Assembly (NCBI GenBank): GCA_020351025.1
Contig: CP070728.1
Location: forward strand, 1,827,510 to 1,891,509
DNA from: Planctomycetota bacterium
GTDB taxonomy: Bacteria > Planctomycetota > Phycisphaerae > Sedimentisphaerales > Anaerobacaceae
DNA: 64,000 nt
Direction: 5' to 3'
This document shows positions 46,693-56,053 of this stretch, piece after piece. Below the pieces are notes generated by a model that was given only the letters and a program-made list of their open reading frames with translations, was not told the origin of the DNA and did not search any database. The translations under genes and the position numbers were made by a program. How positions within the stretch are numbered: the first letter of the stretch is position 1; every line of letters starts with the position of its first letter.

Positions 46693-47997
46693 TTATGCTC
46701 TCGGATAAAGAGCGATTTGATTTGCGCCGTCGACAGCAATAATCTTAGCAGTGGGCTTTTCGGCAATCCACCCGTCCACAACTTCTTGCGGCTTTTGTAC
46801 AGGATGCAGATGTGCCGCCTGGATGAGATTATCGGGTATCTGCGAATATATCCAAATTCGCCGTAATCGTTTTATCATTTGAGCAAATTTATAGGGCTTG
46901 TGACTGAATAGCTTGTACTGACTTTTAATTGATTGAAGAACCTGATCGATGGGAGCGGTCAGCCGGTTGTAAAAGTTCTCCATCGTCAGCTCAGCACCGA
47001 TACCATTCGGACACGCCGACAGAAATAGTACCTCACCGCCATCTTTGACAGCGCTTTTTGTAAGTTCCAGGGCTCTTTGGGCAATGTATAGGTCGATGTC
47101 ATTGGGAAATCCTCCCGGCGAGACGACCATGTGGTCAACGGAATCTACCGCGTGTGAGTTCATCCTATCAACTACGTCAAAAGCTGCTTTACTAACCTTC
47201 TCTGCAAGCCCGAATCGCGTCCACCAAATCCTGCCCGAATTGCTGATAGTAACAAGTGTATAGACCGGCCGGTCCTTTACAATCAGTCGCATCGCCTCAA
47301 GCTGGTCGGCAGCAATCGGGTTGGCACATCTTGCTTTGTCACTGTGGAAGGGATGAAGTCCAAACGTGGATTTTTCATCAAGCGCTAAACTGTGGTTCTG
47401 CTCAGTCGTGCTATATGCGCATATGCCGGGCACAAAGTTTTTGACCGGATTACAATAGCCGGCAAAGTAGTGACACTTCACATCGGAGAGCACCAAGAAG
47501 ATCTGGGCATCATCGGCTTTAGCGTTAAACAACACTTCTGTACCATAGGATGTTCGACCGGCATTAATGAGACTATCCTGGTGGTAGTTGTGAACATGGA
47601 TTTGGTAATCAGAAATGCCGGCTTTAGCAGCAAATTTATCTATCTGCTGCTTAATTGTAATATTTTCCGCGGTTTCAGCATCGTGTGTTCCGGTGCAAAT
47701 AATGAACCGAACCAGTGAAGCATTATCTAATACGGGTAAGAGTTGTCCAAATACATCAGCAAGTGGCATATCGCGCGTGCCGTCATCAAGCAGGACACAA
47801 AGACGCTTACCCGCAATATTCTTGTGGAAATCATCCCTTTGCTTACATTCCAAGGACTGGTTTAGAAGTGTTATATTGTCGGCCTGCTGCCCACCTCGCC
47901 ACGGTCGTATTACCTCAGCAATATTTTTGTCGGGTATCTGCAGAGTTACAAAGGCCTTACCATAGTGAAAGTCAATTTCCATATGGGAAACTTTCAA
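46693..47997 (-). CDS. LarA-like (lactate racemase family, DUF2088) protein
   Basis: Aligns by eye to L. plantarum LarA key positions: CTGTHD (His108 region), KCHYFAGY...K (His174/Lys184 region) and QNHS (His200 region). Confidence 0.75.
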   Translation of the reverse strand: MKVSHMEIDFHYGKAFVTLQIPDKNIAEVIRPWRGGQQADNITLLNQSLECKQRDDFHKNIAGKRLCVLLDDGTRDMPLADVFGQLLPVLDNASLVRFIICTGTHDAETAENITIKQQIDKFAAKAGISDYQIHVHNYHQDSLINAGRTSYGTEVLFNAKADDAQIFLVLSDVKCHYFAGYCNPVKNFVPGICAYSTTEQNHSLALDEKSTFGLHPFHSDKARCANPIAADQLEAMRLIVKDRPVYTLVTISNSGRIWWTRFGLAEKVSKAAFDVVDRMNSHAVDSVDHMVVSPGGFPNDIDLYIAQRALELTKSAVKDGGEVLFLSACPNGIGAELTMENFYNRLTAPIDQVLQSIKSQYKLFSHKPYKFAQMIKRLRRIWIYSQIPDNLIQAAHLHPVQKPQEVVDGWIAEKPTAKIIAVDGANQIALYPRA

Positions 47998-48006
47998 TTA
48001 GCCACT

Positions 48007-51000
48007 TCATACGTTCTCGTGGATTGTAGCTTCTTTTATCCAGCAGTACAAGACCGGCACAACAAGCATAGTAAGTACCTCAATGGTCATTCCTCCAAAA
48101 GAAGGTATAGCCATCGGTACCATAATGTCAGAGCCCCGCCCTGTTGATGTAAGTACTGGGATAAGTGCAAGGACTGTTGTAGCAGTTGTCATAAGACAGG
48201 GTCGGATTCTGCGTCTCCCGGCTTCAACTACAGCCTGACGAACACGGTCGATGCCCTTGGGTTTTTTGCTGCGGAATGACTGTTCCAGATACGTACACAT
48301 TACAACGCCGTCGTCCGATGCAATTCCAAACAGTGCAAGAAAACCCACCCATACAGCAACGCTCAGATTAATCGGATGCACTTGGAAAAGCTGGCGCATA
48401 TTGACGCCGAACACACTGAAGTCAAGAAACCACGGCTGTGCATAAAACCATATCATCAAGAACCCCCCTGCCCAAGCGACGATGATTCCTGAAAAGACCA
48501 ATCCACTCGTTGTTACCGAGCGAAACTGGAAATACAGAATTATGAATATGATGAAAAGCGCCAAAGGTATGACTATCAGAAGTGTCTTTTGTGCGCGAAC
48601 CTGATTTTCATACGTCCCAGCGAAGGTGTAACTGACACCCTCAGGTACAAGAAACTGTCCTGCGGCAATTTTTTCGTCCAAATACTGCTGGCATTGTTCA
48701 ACAACATCGACCTCGGCATACCCGGTTTTTTTGTCAAATACGACGTATCCAACAAGAAATGTGTCCTCACTCTTTATGGCCTGCGGCCCGCGGATATAGC
48801 GAATCTCAGCTATCTGTATAAGCGGTATCTGCGCCCCATCGGCAGCTGGAACCAAGATTCTGCCGAGGGTTTCAATCTGGTCTCGCAGTTCCCGCATATA
48901 CCTGACTCTGACGGGGTATCGCTCGCGTCCTTCAACAGTAGTGGTAATGCGTCTACCGCCTATAGCAACTTCAATAACATCCTGAACCTGGCGAACGTTA
49001 ATACCATATCGAGCTATAGCATCACGATCTATATCAATCTCAATGTAAGGCTTGCCGACGATGCGGTCGGCTATTACTGTGGCGGGCTCAACAGAGGGGA
49101 CTTCTTTCAAAAAGCGTTCAATCTCCAAACCGACACGCTCGATTGCATCGAGGTCCGGGCCTTTGACCTTTACCCCCATTGGTGCGCGCATTCCACTTTG
49201 GAGCATAACTATCCGTGCTGCGATAGGCTGGAGCTTCGGTGCGCTGGTGGTGCCAGGGATTTCACCGGTCTGGACTATTTCGTTCCAGATGTCATCGGGA
49301 CTTTTAATATGGTCACGCCATTGTCTAAACGGTCGACCATAGTCGTCACATATGAGCTGGCCATTCTCATCACGAACAAATTCTCTTTTTTTCTTATCAT
49401 AACGGAAACGAAGGCGCCGGCCATCCTTATCAGTGATATACTCGGACTTGTAATTAATAACGGTTTCGACCATTGATATCGGTGCAGGGTCAAGAGGGGA
49501 TTCAACTCGGCCAATCTTACCAATTACAGACTCTATCTCGGGAATTGACTGAAATGCAGCATCCTGCTTTTGTAATATATCCAGGCACTCTCCAATAGAG
49601 GCGTGAGGCATAGTGGTTGGCATATAGAGAAATGAGCCTTCATCCAAAGGCGGCATAAACTCTTTGCCAAGCCCCCGCCATATCATTATGCCCGCAACGA
49701 CAAGGCAGGCTGGTATTAATAAAAACTTCCCTTTGTTGGCCAAACACCATATTAAAATCCGCGCGTAAAATTTTTGAAAAATCCTGAAAAATAGCAGCAA
49801 ACCGCCAATAAGAAAGCCCACAAATATAAGGTTACGAACGAGGCCCTTAGCCGGCCCAAGCGGCAACCAATGACCGGTAAGTATTACGCCAACGAGGACA
49901 ATTGCGGCTACGTTAGTAATTAAAGGCATAGAGCTGTTTACTTTCTCCGGAATGCGAGTGCGAAGAAGATGATAAAGTCCGATTGCGGCGATAACAACTC
50001 CTATCCACCAAGCAAGCGAAAGAGCTGCTATGACAGCAGCGACAATTAATAACCCGCCCAGAATGTATCGCTTTATCTTTTTGACAATGGCTTTTCTTGT
50101 GAAAAGCACGTGAGCAGCGGGCGGGATGATAGTTAGTGCAACTATTAGCGAAGCAATCAAGGCAAAGGTTTTTGTAAAGGCAAGAGGCTTAAAGAGCTTT
50201 CCTTCAGGCCCTGTCATTGTAAAGACCGGCAAAAAGCCAACGACGGTAGTCAGAACTGCAGTTAAAACGGCACTTCCAACTTCGCTGGCAGCGCGGAAAA
50301 CAACCTCGAGCTTGTTATCGTCGGGCCCTGCCTCATCGAGGTGTTTTAAAATGTTCTCAGAAATCACTATCGCCATATCAACCATAGTGCCGATGGCTAT
50401 CGCGATGCCGGAAAGAGCCACAATGTTGGCATCGACACGAAAGACCTTCATTGCGATAAAACACATCAGTATCGCTAAAGGCAGCAAGGAGCTTATGAGG
50501 ATTGAGCTTCTCAGATGCATGACCAAAACGATGACTACGATAATAGTAACCAGTACTTCGTCTGTAAGGGCTGTATTTAATGTACCTAAGGTTTCGTAAA
50601 TAAGTCCGGTGCGGTCATAAAACGGCACAATCATTACCTGTGAAACCGTCCCGTCAGGTAAAGTCTTCTTGGGAAGCCCTGGCGAAATCTCTTTAATTTT
50701 GGCTTTTACATTCTTAATGGCTTCAAGTGGGTTATAGCCGTAGCGTACAACAACCACACCACCAACAGCCTCAGCTCCGCCCTTGTCCAGTGCCCCCCGC
50801 CGCAGCGCAGGCCCATATGAAACTTTCGCTACATCTTTAATGTAAATTGGGACATTCTCATTTACCTTTATAACTGTTCGTTCTATGTCTGACAAATTCT
50901 CGATAAATCCAAGCCCGCGGATTACATATTCAACCTTGTTTATTTCTATCGTTCGCGCGCCAACATCGATATTAGAAGCTTTCACAGCCTTGAATATGTC

Positions 51001-51696
51001 ACCGAGCCCAACTTTGTAGGCGCGCATCGCATCGGGGTCGACATCTATCTGATATTCTCTGGTATAGCCCCCTACCGAAGCTACTTCACTGACCCCCCGG
51101 GCACCGAGTAAACTGTATCGGACATACCAATCCTGGATAGTACGCAGCTCATCCAAATCCCACCCGCCGGTGGGGTTGCCGCTGCCGTCGCGTCCTTCAA
51201 GGGTGTACCAGAAAACTTGTCCCAAGGCGGTGGCATCAGGCCCCAATGCGGGCTGGACCCCCTCAGGAAGCGTTCCTGCAGGCAAGGAATTTAGCTTCTC
51301 AAGAACCCTGCTGCGTGACCAGTAAAACTCTGCATCTTCTTCAAATATTATGTAAATGCTTGAGAAGCCAAAAAACGAGTAGCTGCGCACCGTCCTTACG
51401 CTGGGGATACCAAGTAGTGATACGGTCAGCGGATATGTAATCTGGTCCTCTACGTCTTGAGGAGAACGCCCCATCCACGCGGTAAAAACTATCTGCTGGT
51501 TTTCACCGATATCGGGAATGGCATCGACAGGGACGGGTGCACGCGGCAGCCCCCAGAGCTCCCAATCAAAGGGGGCAACTCCAACGCCCCACCCGACAAC
51601 AAGCACCACAAACAGCCCAACTACCAACTTGTTATCAAGGCAAAACCGTATTATTCTGTCTATCCAAGACCTTTCCCGGTTGCTTGATGCATCCAT
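48007..51696 (-). CDS. heavy-metal-efflux RND permease (CusA/CzcA family), enlarged 1229-aa form
   Basis: The N-terminal region aligns to CusA (AIPDIGENQQIVFTAWMGRSPQDVEDQITYPLT...YWSRSRVLEKLN). 12 canonical TMs plus extra hydrophobic segments between TM6 and TM7. Confidence 0.9.
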   Translation of the reverse strand: MDASSNRERSWIDRIIRFCLDNKLVVGLFVVLVVGWGVGVAPFDWELWGLPRAPVPVDAIPDIGENQQIVFTAWMGRSPQDVEDQITYPLTVSLLGIPSVRTVRSYSFFGFSSIYIIFEEDAEFYWSRSRVLEKLNSLPAGTLPEGVQPALGPDATALGQVFWYTLEGRDGSGNPTGGWDLDELRTIQDWYVRYSLLGARGVSEVASVGGYTREYQIDVDPDAMRAYKVGLGDIFKAVKASNIDVGARTIEINKVEYVIRGLGFIENLSDIERTVIKVNENVPIYIKDVAKVSYGPALRRGALDKGGAEAVGGVVVVRYGYNPLEAIKNVKAKIKEISPGLPKKTLPDGTVSQVMIVPFYDRTGLIYETLGTLNTALTDEVLVTIIVVIVLVMHLRSSILISSLLPLAILMCFIAMKVFRVDANIVALSGIAIAIGTMVDMAIVISENILKHLDEAGPDDNKLEVVFRAASEVGSAVLTAVLTTVVGFLPVFTMTGPEGKLFKPLAFTKTFALIASLIVALTIIPPAAHVLFTRKAIVKKIKRYILGGLLIVAAVIAALSLAWWIGVVIAAIGLYHLLRTRIPEKVNSSMPLITNVAAIVLVGVILTGHWLPLGPAKGLVRNLIFVGFLIGGLLLFFRIFQKFYARILIWCLANKGKFLLIPACLVVAGIMIWRGLGKEFMPPLDEGSFLYMPTTMPHASIGECLDILQKQDAAFQSIPEIESVIGKIGRVESPLDPAPISMVETVINYKSEYITDKDGRRLRFRYDKKKREFVRDENGQLICDDYGRPFRQWRDHIKSPDDIWNEIVQTGEIPGTTSAPKLQPIAARIVMLQSGMRAPMGVKVKGPDLDAIERVGLEIERFLKEVPSVEPATVIADRIVGKPYIEIDIDRDAIARYGINVRQVQDVIEVAIGGRRITTTVEGRERYPVRVRYMRELRDQIETLGRILVPAADGAQIPLIQIAEIRYIRGPQAIKSEDTFLVGYVVFDKKTGYAEVDVVEQCQQYLDEKIAAGQFLVPEGVSYTFAGTYENQVRAQKTLLIVIPLALFIIFIILYFQFRSVTTSGLVFSGIIVAWAGGFLMIWFYAQPWFLDFSVFGVNMRQLFQVHPINLSVAVWVGFLALFGIASDDGVVMCTYLEQSFRSKKPKGIDRVRQAVVEAGRRRIRPCLMTTATTVLALIPVLTSTGRGSDIMVPMAIPSFGGMTIEVLTMLVVPVLYCWIKEATIHENV

Positions 51697-51723
51697 TCCT
51701 TCACTCGTATAATTGTCGGACCT

Positions 51724-52026
51724 TTAGTCCTTAAACTGGGGCAACTTAGCAATATACTTCTCGGGGTCGGCCTTGAACTTCTCCGCGCAGCCCGAACAGC
51801 AAAAATAAACTTTTTTGCCTTTGTATTCCGTGTAGATATCCTTGTTGATGGCTTCTCCCATAATCGGGCAAATTGTCTGCTCGAACACAGCAGAAGTAAT
51901 CTCATTGCTTTCCACTGGTGCAGCTGGTTCTGACTTCTTCTTGCAGCCATTGAACACAAACATCACGACTAACAAGAGACCTGCCAGAATGATTATCGTG
52001 CTCAATTTTTTCATTTGGCCATTCAT
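51724..52026 (-). CDS. YHS-domain lipoprotein (putative periplasmic metal-binding protein)
   Basis: Lipobox FNGC. YHS/TRASH motif CPIMGEAINKDIYTEYKGKKVYFCCSGCAEKFKADPEKY. Confidence 0.8.
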   Translation of the reverse strand: MNGQMKKLSTIIILAGLLLVVMFVFNGCKKKSEPAAPVESNEITSAVFEQTICPIMGEAINKDIYTEYKGKKVYFCCSGCAEKFKADPEKYIAKLPQFKD

Positions 52027-52062
52027 TTTATTTACCTTTCAAAATATAGTTTCAGTTTCGAT

Positions 52063-53553
52063 TTAATGAACATGGCCACTGTGACCTATGGAAATTTCTT
52101 CTCCTTTTGGGTTCATCATACTGGGCTTTGCCTGGATCTGAAGTGCCGAGTCAATCTTGAAGTTGCCGTGTGTTACGACAATTTCTCCCTCAGCTAATCC
52201 GGATTCTACGATATAATAGTCCTCTGTCCTTGGGCCAAGCATTATCTCGCGACCCTCATAAGTTGGCTTCTCTGCCGGCACTTGAACATAAACGACAGCG
52301 CGTTTTCCTGTAATCAAAGGGGCTGATGCAGGGATAACCAAAGGTGCTTCGCTGGGTGTATCAAGCTTGACATAGCCAAGGGATTCAGTGGTTACCAAAT
52401 CCATACCGCAGATATCACAACTGCCGGCTTTTGCTTTTACAACATCCGGGTGCATAGGACAAATCCATTTGCCGGCCATTTCAGGGTCCATAACCATACC
52501 ACTGCCAGCGATATTTGAGTAAGCGACAGCTCTGACAAACATTTCGGGTTTTAGCTTGCCCTCGGGATTACCAACATTAACTCGCAGCTTAACGGTCCTT
52601 GTTTTGACACCAACAATGGGGTCGATAAACGTAATTGTGCCCTTGAAAGTCTCTCCGGGATAAGCCTGAGTTGTAAATTCAACTTCCTGGCCATATCGAA
52701 CCCAGGGCAGGTCGGATTCGTAAGCATCCAATTTAACCCACAGGCGCGAGAGGTCCGCGATGGTGTAGATATGTGTACCTGTATCAACATACATACCTTC
52801 GCTAGCGTTTTTATGAATGACGACGCCACCAATAGGTGCGTAGATTGTTATGTGCTCGACCGGCACACCGGTTTTTTCGATGTCACCAATCTGCTGTTGT
52901 GTCAGACCGAGCAGCCGCATTTTTCCCCTAGCTGCTTCAAGAGTTGCCAGTATCGACCTGTTGATAAGTTCCGACCCCCCTGGCTTTATATTCCCTGCGG
53001 CCTTAACTGCCTGCAGCAGTTCCGCCTGTGCACTGATTAATTGCGGGCTGTAGAGGTAAACCATATGGTCGCCCTTGTTGACGGTAATTCCGGTGAAATC
53101 GACATAGAGGCGGTCGATTCTGCCGGGCACCCAGGCTGTTATGTTTTTGACGCGCGTTTCATCGTAATCTATTTTGCCAACCATTCGTATCTCGGCGGTA
53201 ACAAATTTTCTCACCACCAGCGTAGTTTCAATCTCCATCAACTTTATGGCTTCTTCGGAAAAAGAAATTTGTCTTTCTTCAATAAGGCCGCTGGTAGATA
53301 CAGGAATCAAATCCATAAAACAAATTGGGCACTTGCCCAGCTTGGGCTGGCGAATCTGTGGGTGCATTGAACAGGTCCACTCCTGTGAAACAGCCTGCTG
53401 TACGAGATGTTCGTGCTCTGCAGTAGCTGGAGGTTCTTGCAAAAGCGACCTAAAGAAATAACCTGCAAAAAGAGCTACGACCACCAAGATTGTGCTCTTT
53501 AACTTTCGACCGCTAAGAATCGATTTGACACTTTTTATACCCATATCAGCCAC
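52063..53553 (-). CDS. RND periplasmic adaptor (CusB-like) carrying two heavy-metal-binding finger motifs
   Basis: WTCSMHPQIRQPKLGKCPICFMDL and WICPMHPDVVKAKAGSCDICGMDL, with an MFP barrel-sandwich core (IYAPIGGVVI, VKLRVNV). Confidence 0.85.
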   Translation of the reverse strand: MADMGIKSVKSILSGRKLKSTILVVVALFAGYFFRSLLQEPPATAEHEHLVQQAVSQEWTCSMHPQIRQPKLGKCPICFMDLIPVSTSGLIEERQISFSEEAIKLMEIETTLVVRKFVTAEIRMVGKIDYDETRVKNITAWVPGRIDRLYVDFTGITVNKGDHMVYLYSPQLISAQAELLQAVKAAGNIKPGGSELINRSILATLEAARGKMRLLGLTQQQIGDIEKTGVPVEHITIYAPIGGVVIHKNASEGMYVDTGTHIYTIADLSRLWVKLDAYESDLPWVRYGQEVEFTTQAYPGETFKGTITFIDPIVGVKTRTVKLRVNVGNPEGKLKPEMFVRAVAYSNIAGSGMVMDPEMAGKWICPMHPDVVKAKAGSCDICGMDLVTTESLGYVKLDTPSEAPLVIPASAPLITGKRAVVYVQVPAEKPTYEGREIMLGPRTEDYYIVESGLAEGEIVVTHGNFKIDSALQIQAKPSMMNPKGEEISIGHSGHVH

Positions 53554-53701
53554 CTGTGCCTTAGTTACTATACTATTTCCGTAGGATTTCTGTTCGATAT
53601 AAATGTTGTGTTATTAGCATCATCAATGGTTTCTTCCTTCTTATTGGCGCTTTTAATTTGCCCCCACAAACGATTCCTCCAAACAGCGAACAAAACTCGA
53701 T

Positions 53702-54025
53702 TTAGCCAAACAAAACTAAAACCAATATGCCGTGTGTAAAGCCCAAGATGACAGAAATTATTGCAAGAGTCAGGTGGAGCTTAAGGAACCTCCGGCCGAG
53801 TTTTCTGCGAAACAGACCCGTCAATAAAGTCGCACTAACAAAGGTCAAGGTGGCTATTCCCAATGGCTCGACCATAAAAAACACCGAGAAAGATCTACCA
53901 TTCTCGTCCTCCTGGCTGGCCTGTTCTCCAGCTAAAACGTTTTTCAGAAACCAATTGTTCAAAGCAAAGCCTGAAAAGATGATTATCACCAGAATCAGCA
54001 ACATATGAGATTTCATTTTTAGCAT
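53702..54025 (-). CDS. hypothetical small membrane protein (3 predicted TM, two His in the last helix)
   Basis: 107-aa ORF between the OMF and MFP genes. Hydrophobic segments and LKLHLTLAIISVILGFTHGI. Confidence 0.5.
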   Translation of the reverse strand: MLKMKSHMLLILVIIIFSGFALNNWFLKNVLAGEQASQEDENGRSFSVFFMVEPLGIATLTFVSATLLTGLFRRKLGRRFLKLHLTLAIISVILGFTHGILVLVLFG

Positions 54026-54057
54026 CCCATTAAGAGAAATTTCACAAAAAAGTTTAT

Positions 54058-55371
54058 TTACTCTTCCGCAGACTCTCTTGCATCTGTTGTCAGCTCCCTA
54101 CCGACAAGCATCTCAAGCTCAGCGAGTTTTTGCTGATTGTCCGTTATTGCCCTCTCATATTGCAACTGAAAATTAAGAACGGTTCGCTGAGCATCTATTA
54201 AACTTAGAAAATCTATAGTACCGGCCCGGTATGCGGTTTCAGATGCCTCGAGCAGTTCCTCAGCCTTTAGTACAAGCACATCGCTATACAGTTTTATTTT
54301 CCTGCTGCTATCTTCAAGTTCATAAAGAACCTGCTCAGCACGCGCGACAATTGTATTTTCGGCTTCGGTCCGCTGCTGCTCGGTCTTTCTAAGAACCGAC
54401 TTTGCCTGCTGCTCTGCAGCTTTATAGCTTTCACTCCAGATCGGCAGATTCATTGAAAACATCAAGATGACCGGGTCCCGACCGCTATCTGACACACCCT
54501 GGCTGACGGCGCCTCCTGTTTCAATCCAGTCGAGTCCGACTCCAACATCGGGGTAGAACTGCTTCTTTGCCAGTTCAAGTTTGCTCTTGGCTGCTGTTAC
54601 TTCAAAGTCAATCGCTGCAAGCTCAGGATTTATCTGCTTCAGTAGCGTAATTATCTCTTGTCGCCCTACGACTACCCGTCTTAGCTCCTCCTTTACCGGC
54701 CACGGCAACAGCTCAGAACTTTGACGGTTAAGGATGGAATTAAGCTTGGCCACGATAGGCTTTCTGAGTTCCTCCAAGCTCTTGAGCACGTCCTCAAGCT
54801 TGGCAAGCTCCACCTGCGCACGTATTACATCAGGGTGAGTTCCAGCAGCTGCCATATATCTTGTTCGCGTAACCTCCTCAAAATGCTTCAACAACTCAAG
54901 GTTATGCTTTGCTATTTTCACGGCGGAGGCAAGATACAGGTATTCATAAAACGCCTCTTTGACCTGCCAAAACAGCTTAAGCTTTTCTGCCTCATACCTC
55001 TTTCTTGCTGCCTTTGCCTCAGCAGATGCTGCATCTGTTCTTGCTTCAATCTTACCGAACCACGGAAATACCTGCATTATGCCGAACTTGTGTCTCTGGG
55101 GCCCGACTCTGGTTTCAACCTCTCTGATAAAATAGCTGTAGGTAAACTTAGGGTCCGGCAAAGCCTGAGCCTGGGGGATTTTCTCTATGGCGGCTTTCCA
55201 TCGCTCAAAGGTAGCCTTAAGGCTGGCATTATTAAGGGCTGAGTATCGCAAGTAATCCTGCAATTGCCGCGGGGTATTACTGTCGGATGGCTTCTGGGAG
55301 ATACCAGCGAAACAACTCGTTCCGATTAAAGTTAGTACAATCGCACTGAAAAGAAGTACACTCCCCTTCAC
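54058..55371 (-). CDS. TolC-family outer membrane factor of the metal efflux cluster
   Basis: Signal peptide and duplicated OMF repeat pattern (LRYSALNNASLKATFERWKAA..., LSLIDAQRTVLNFQLQYERA). Confidence 0.85.
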   Translation of the reverse strand: MKGSVLLFSAIVLTLIGTSCFAGISQKPSDSNTPRQLQDYLRYSALNNASLKATFERWKAAIEKIPQAQALPDPKFTYSYFIREVETRVGPQRHKFGIMQVFPWFGKIEARTDAASAEAKAARKRYEAEKLKLFWQVKEAFYEYLYLASAVKIAKHNLELLKHFEEVTRTRYMAAAGTHPDVIRAQVELAKLEDVLKSLEELRKPIVAKLNSILNRQSSELLPWPVKEELRRVVVGRQEIITLLKQINPELAAIDFEVTAAKSKLELAKKQFYPDVGVGLDWIETGGAVSQGVSDSGRDPVILMFSMNLPIWSESYKAAEQQAKSVLRKTEQQRTEAENTIVARAEQVLYELEDSSRKIKLYSDVLVLKAEELLEASETAYRAGTIDFLSLIDAQRTVLNFQLQYERAITDNQQKLAELEMLVGRELTTDARESAEE

Positions 55372-55592
55372 TTCTTACCTCCTTGTACTCACATTTCAAA
55401 AAAACGATTCTCAACCACAATACTATCATTCCCAAGTTTACTTTTGTCAAGCACTAAAACCTTGACCTAAACAGCCTTTTCACCGCTTGCACCAAAACAA
55501 GACTTTTGACTTGTTTTTTGAGCTTTGACATGTAAAATGGTTGACAGTTTTAGCGCCAAACAATTATTTTTGAAGTTTCTATAGTTAGCGTA

Positions 55593-55664
55593 GGGCCCGT
55601 AGCTCAGCGGCAGAGCAGTGGACTCATAATCCATTGGTCGTAGGTTCAAATCCTACCGGGCCCA
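55593..55664 (+). tRNA. tRNA with CAT anticodon (elongator Met or lysidine-modified Ile2; not initiator)
   Basis: Cloverleaf: GGGCCCG acceptor, anticodon arm GTGGA-CTCATAA-TCCAT, T arm GTAGG-TTCAAAT-CCTAC. No 3xGC anticodon stem and no 1:72 mismatch. Confidence 0.9.
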
Positions 55665-55713
55665 GTAATAGTTAACGGTTGATAGTTCTTAGTGAAAAGC
55701 AGAAACTTGTTTT

Positions 55714-55786
55714 GGGCGATTAGCTCAGCTGGCAGAGCAGCTGACTCTTAATCAGCCGGTCGCAGGTTCGAATCCTGCATCGCCCA
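55714..55786 (+). tRNA. tRNA-Lys (CTT)
   Basis: Acceptor GGGCGAT/ATCGCCC, anticodon arm GCTGA-CTCTTAA-TCAGC, T arm GCAGG-TTCGAAT-CCTGC. Confidence 0.9.
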
Positions 55787-55921
55787 TTCTCATACAAAAA
55801 GAAATTATTTGGGTAATGTTCGAATCTTACGAATGTCTACAAATATTCTTACCATTCGGTTAAAAACCCTTCCAACTACATTTCAAAAGACGAGCCGATT
55901 GATTCGGCAATTCAAACCTTC

Positions 55922-55950
55922 TTGCCCTCGACGTTTATATTTGCTAAAAT
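55922..55950 (+). promoter_or_regulatory. candidate promoter TTGCCC-17-TAAAAT for the 56054-63257 operon
   Basis: TTGCCC at 55922-27, 17-nt spacer, TAAAAT at 55945-50. Confidence 0.35.
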
Positions 55951-56053
55951 AATCAAAATGTAATTACGCAAGAAGTCTTTGTCGATTAAAGTTAAATATC
56001 GAACAACAGGGAGAAATACTCCAATTCGGTTTTTCGTTATGGGAAAAAAGTAA

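Noticed and set aside
55467-55649. 60-aa minus-strand ORF
   Set aside because: It overlaps the tRNA-CAT gene on the opposite strand, so it is an artefact.
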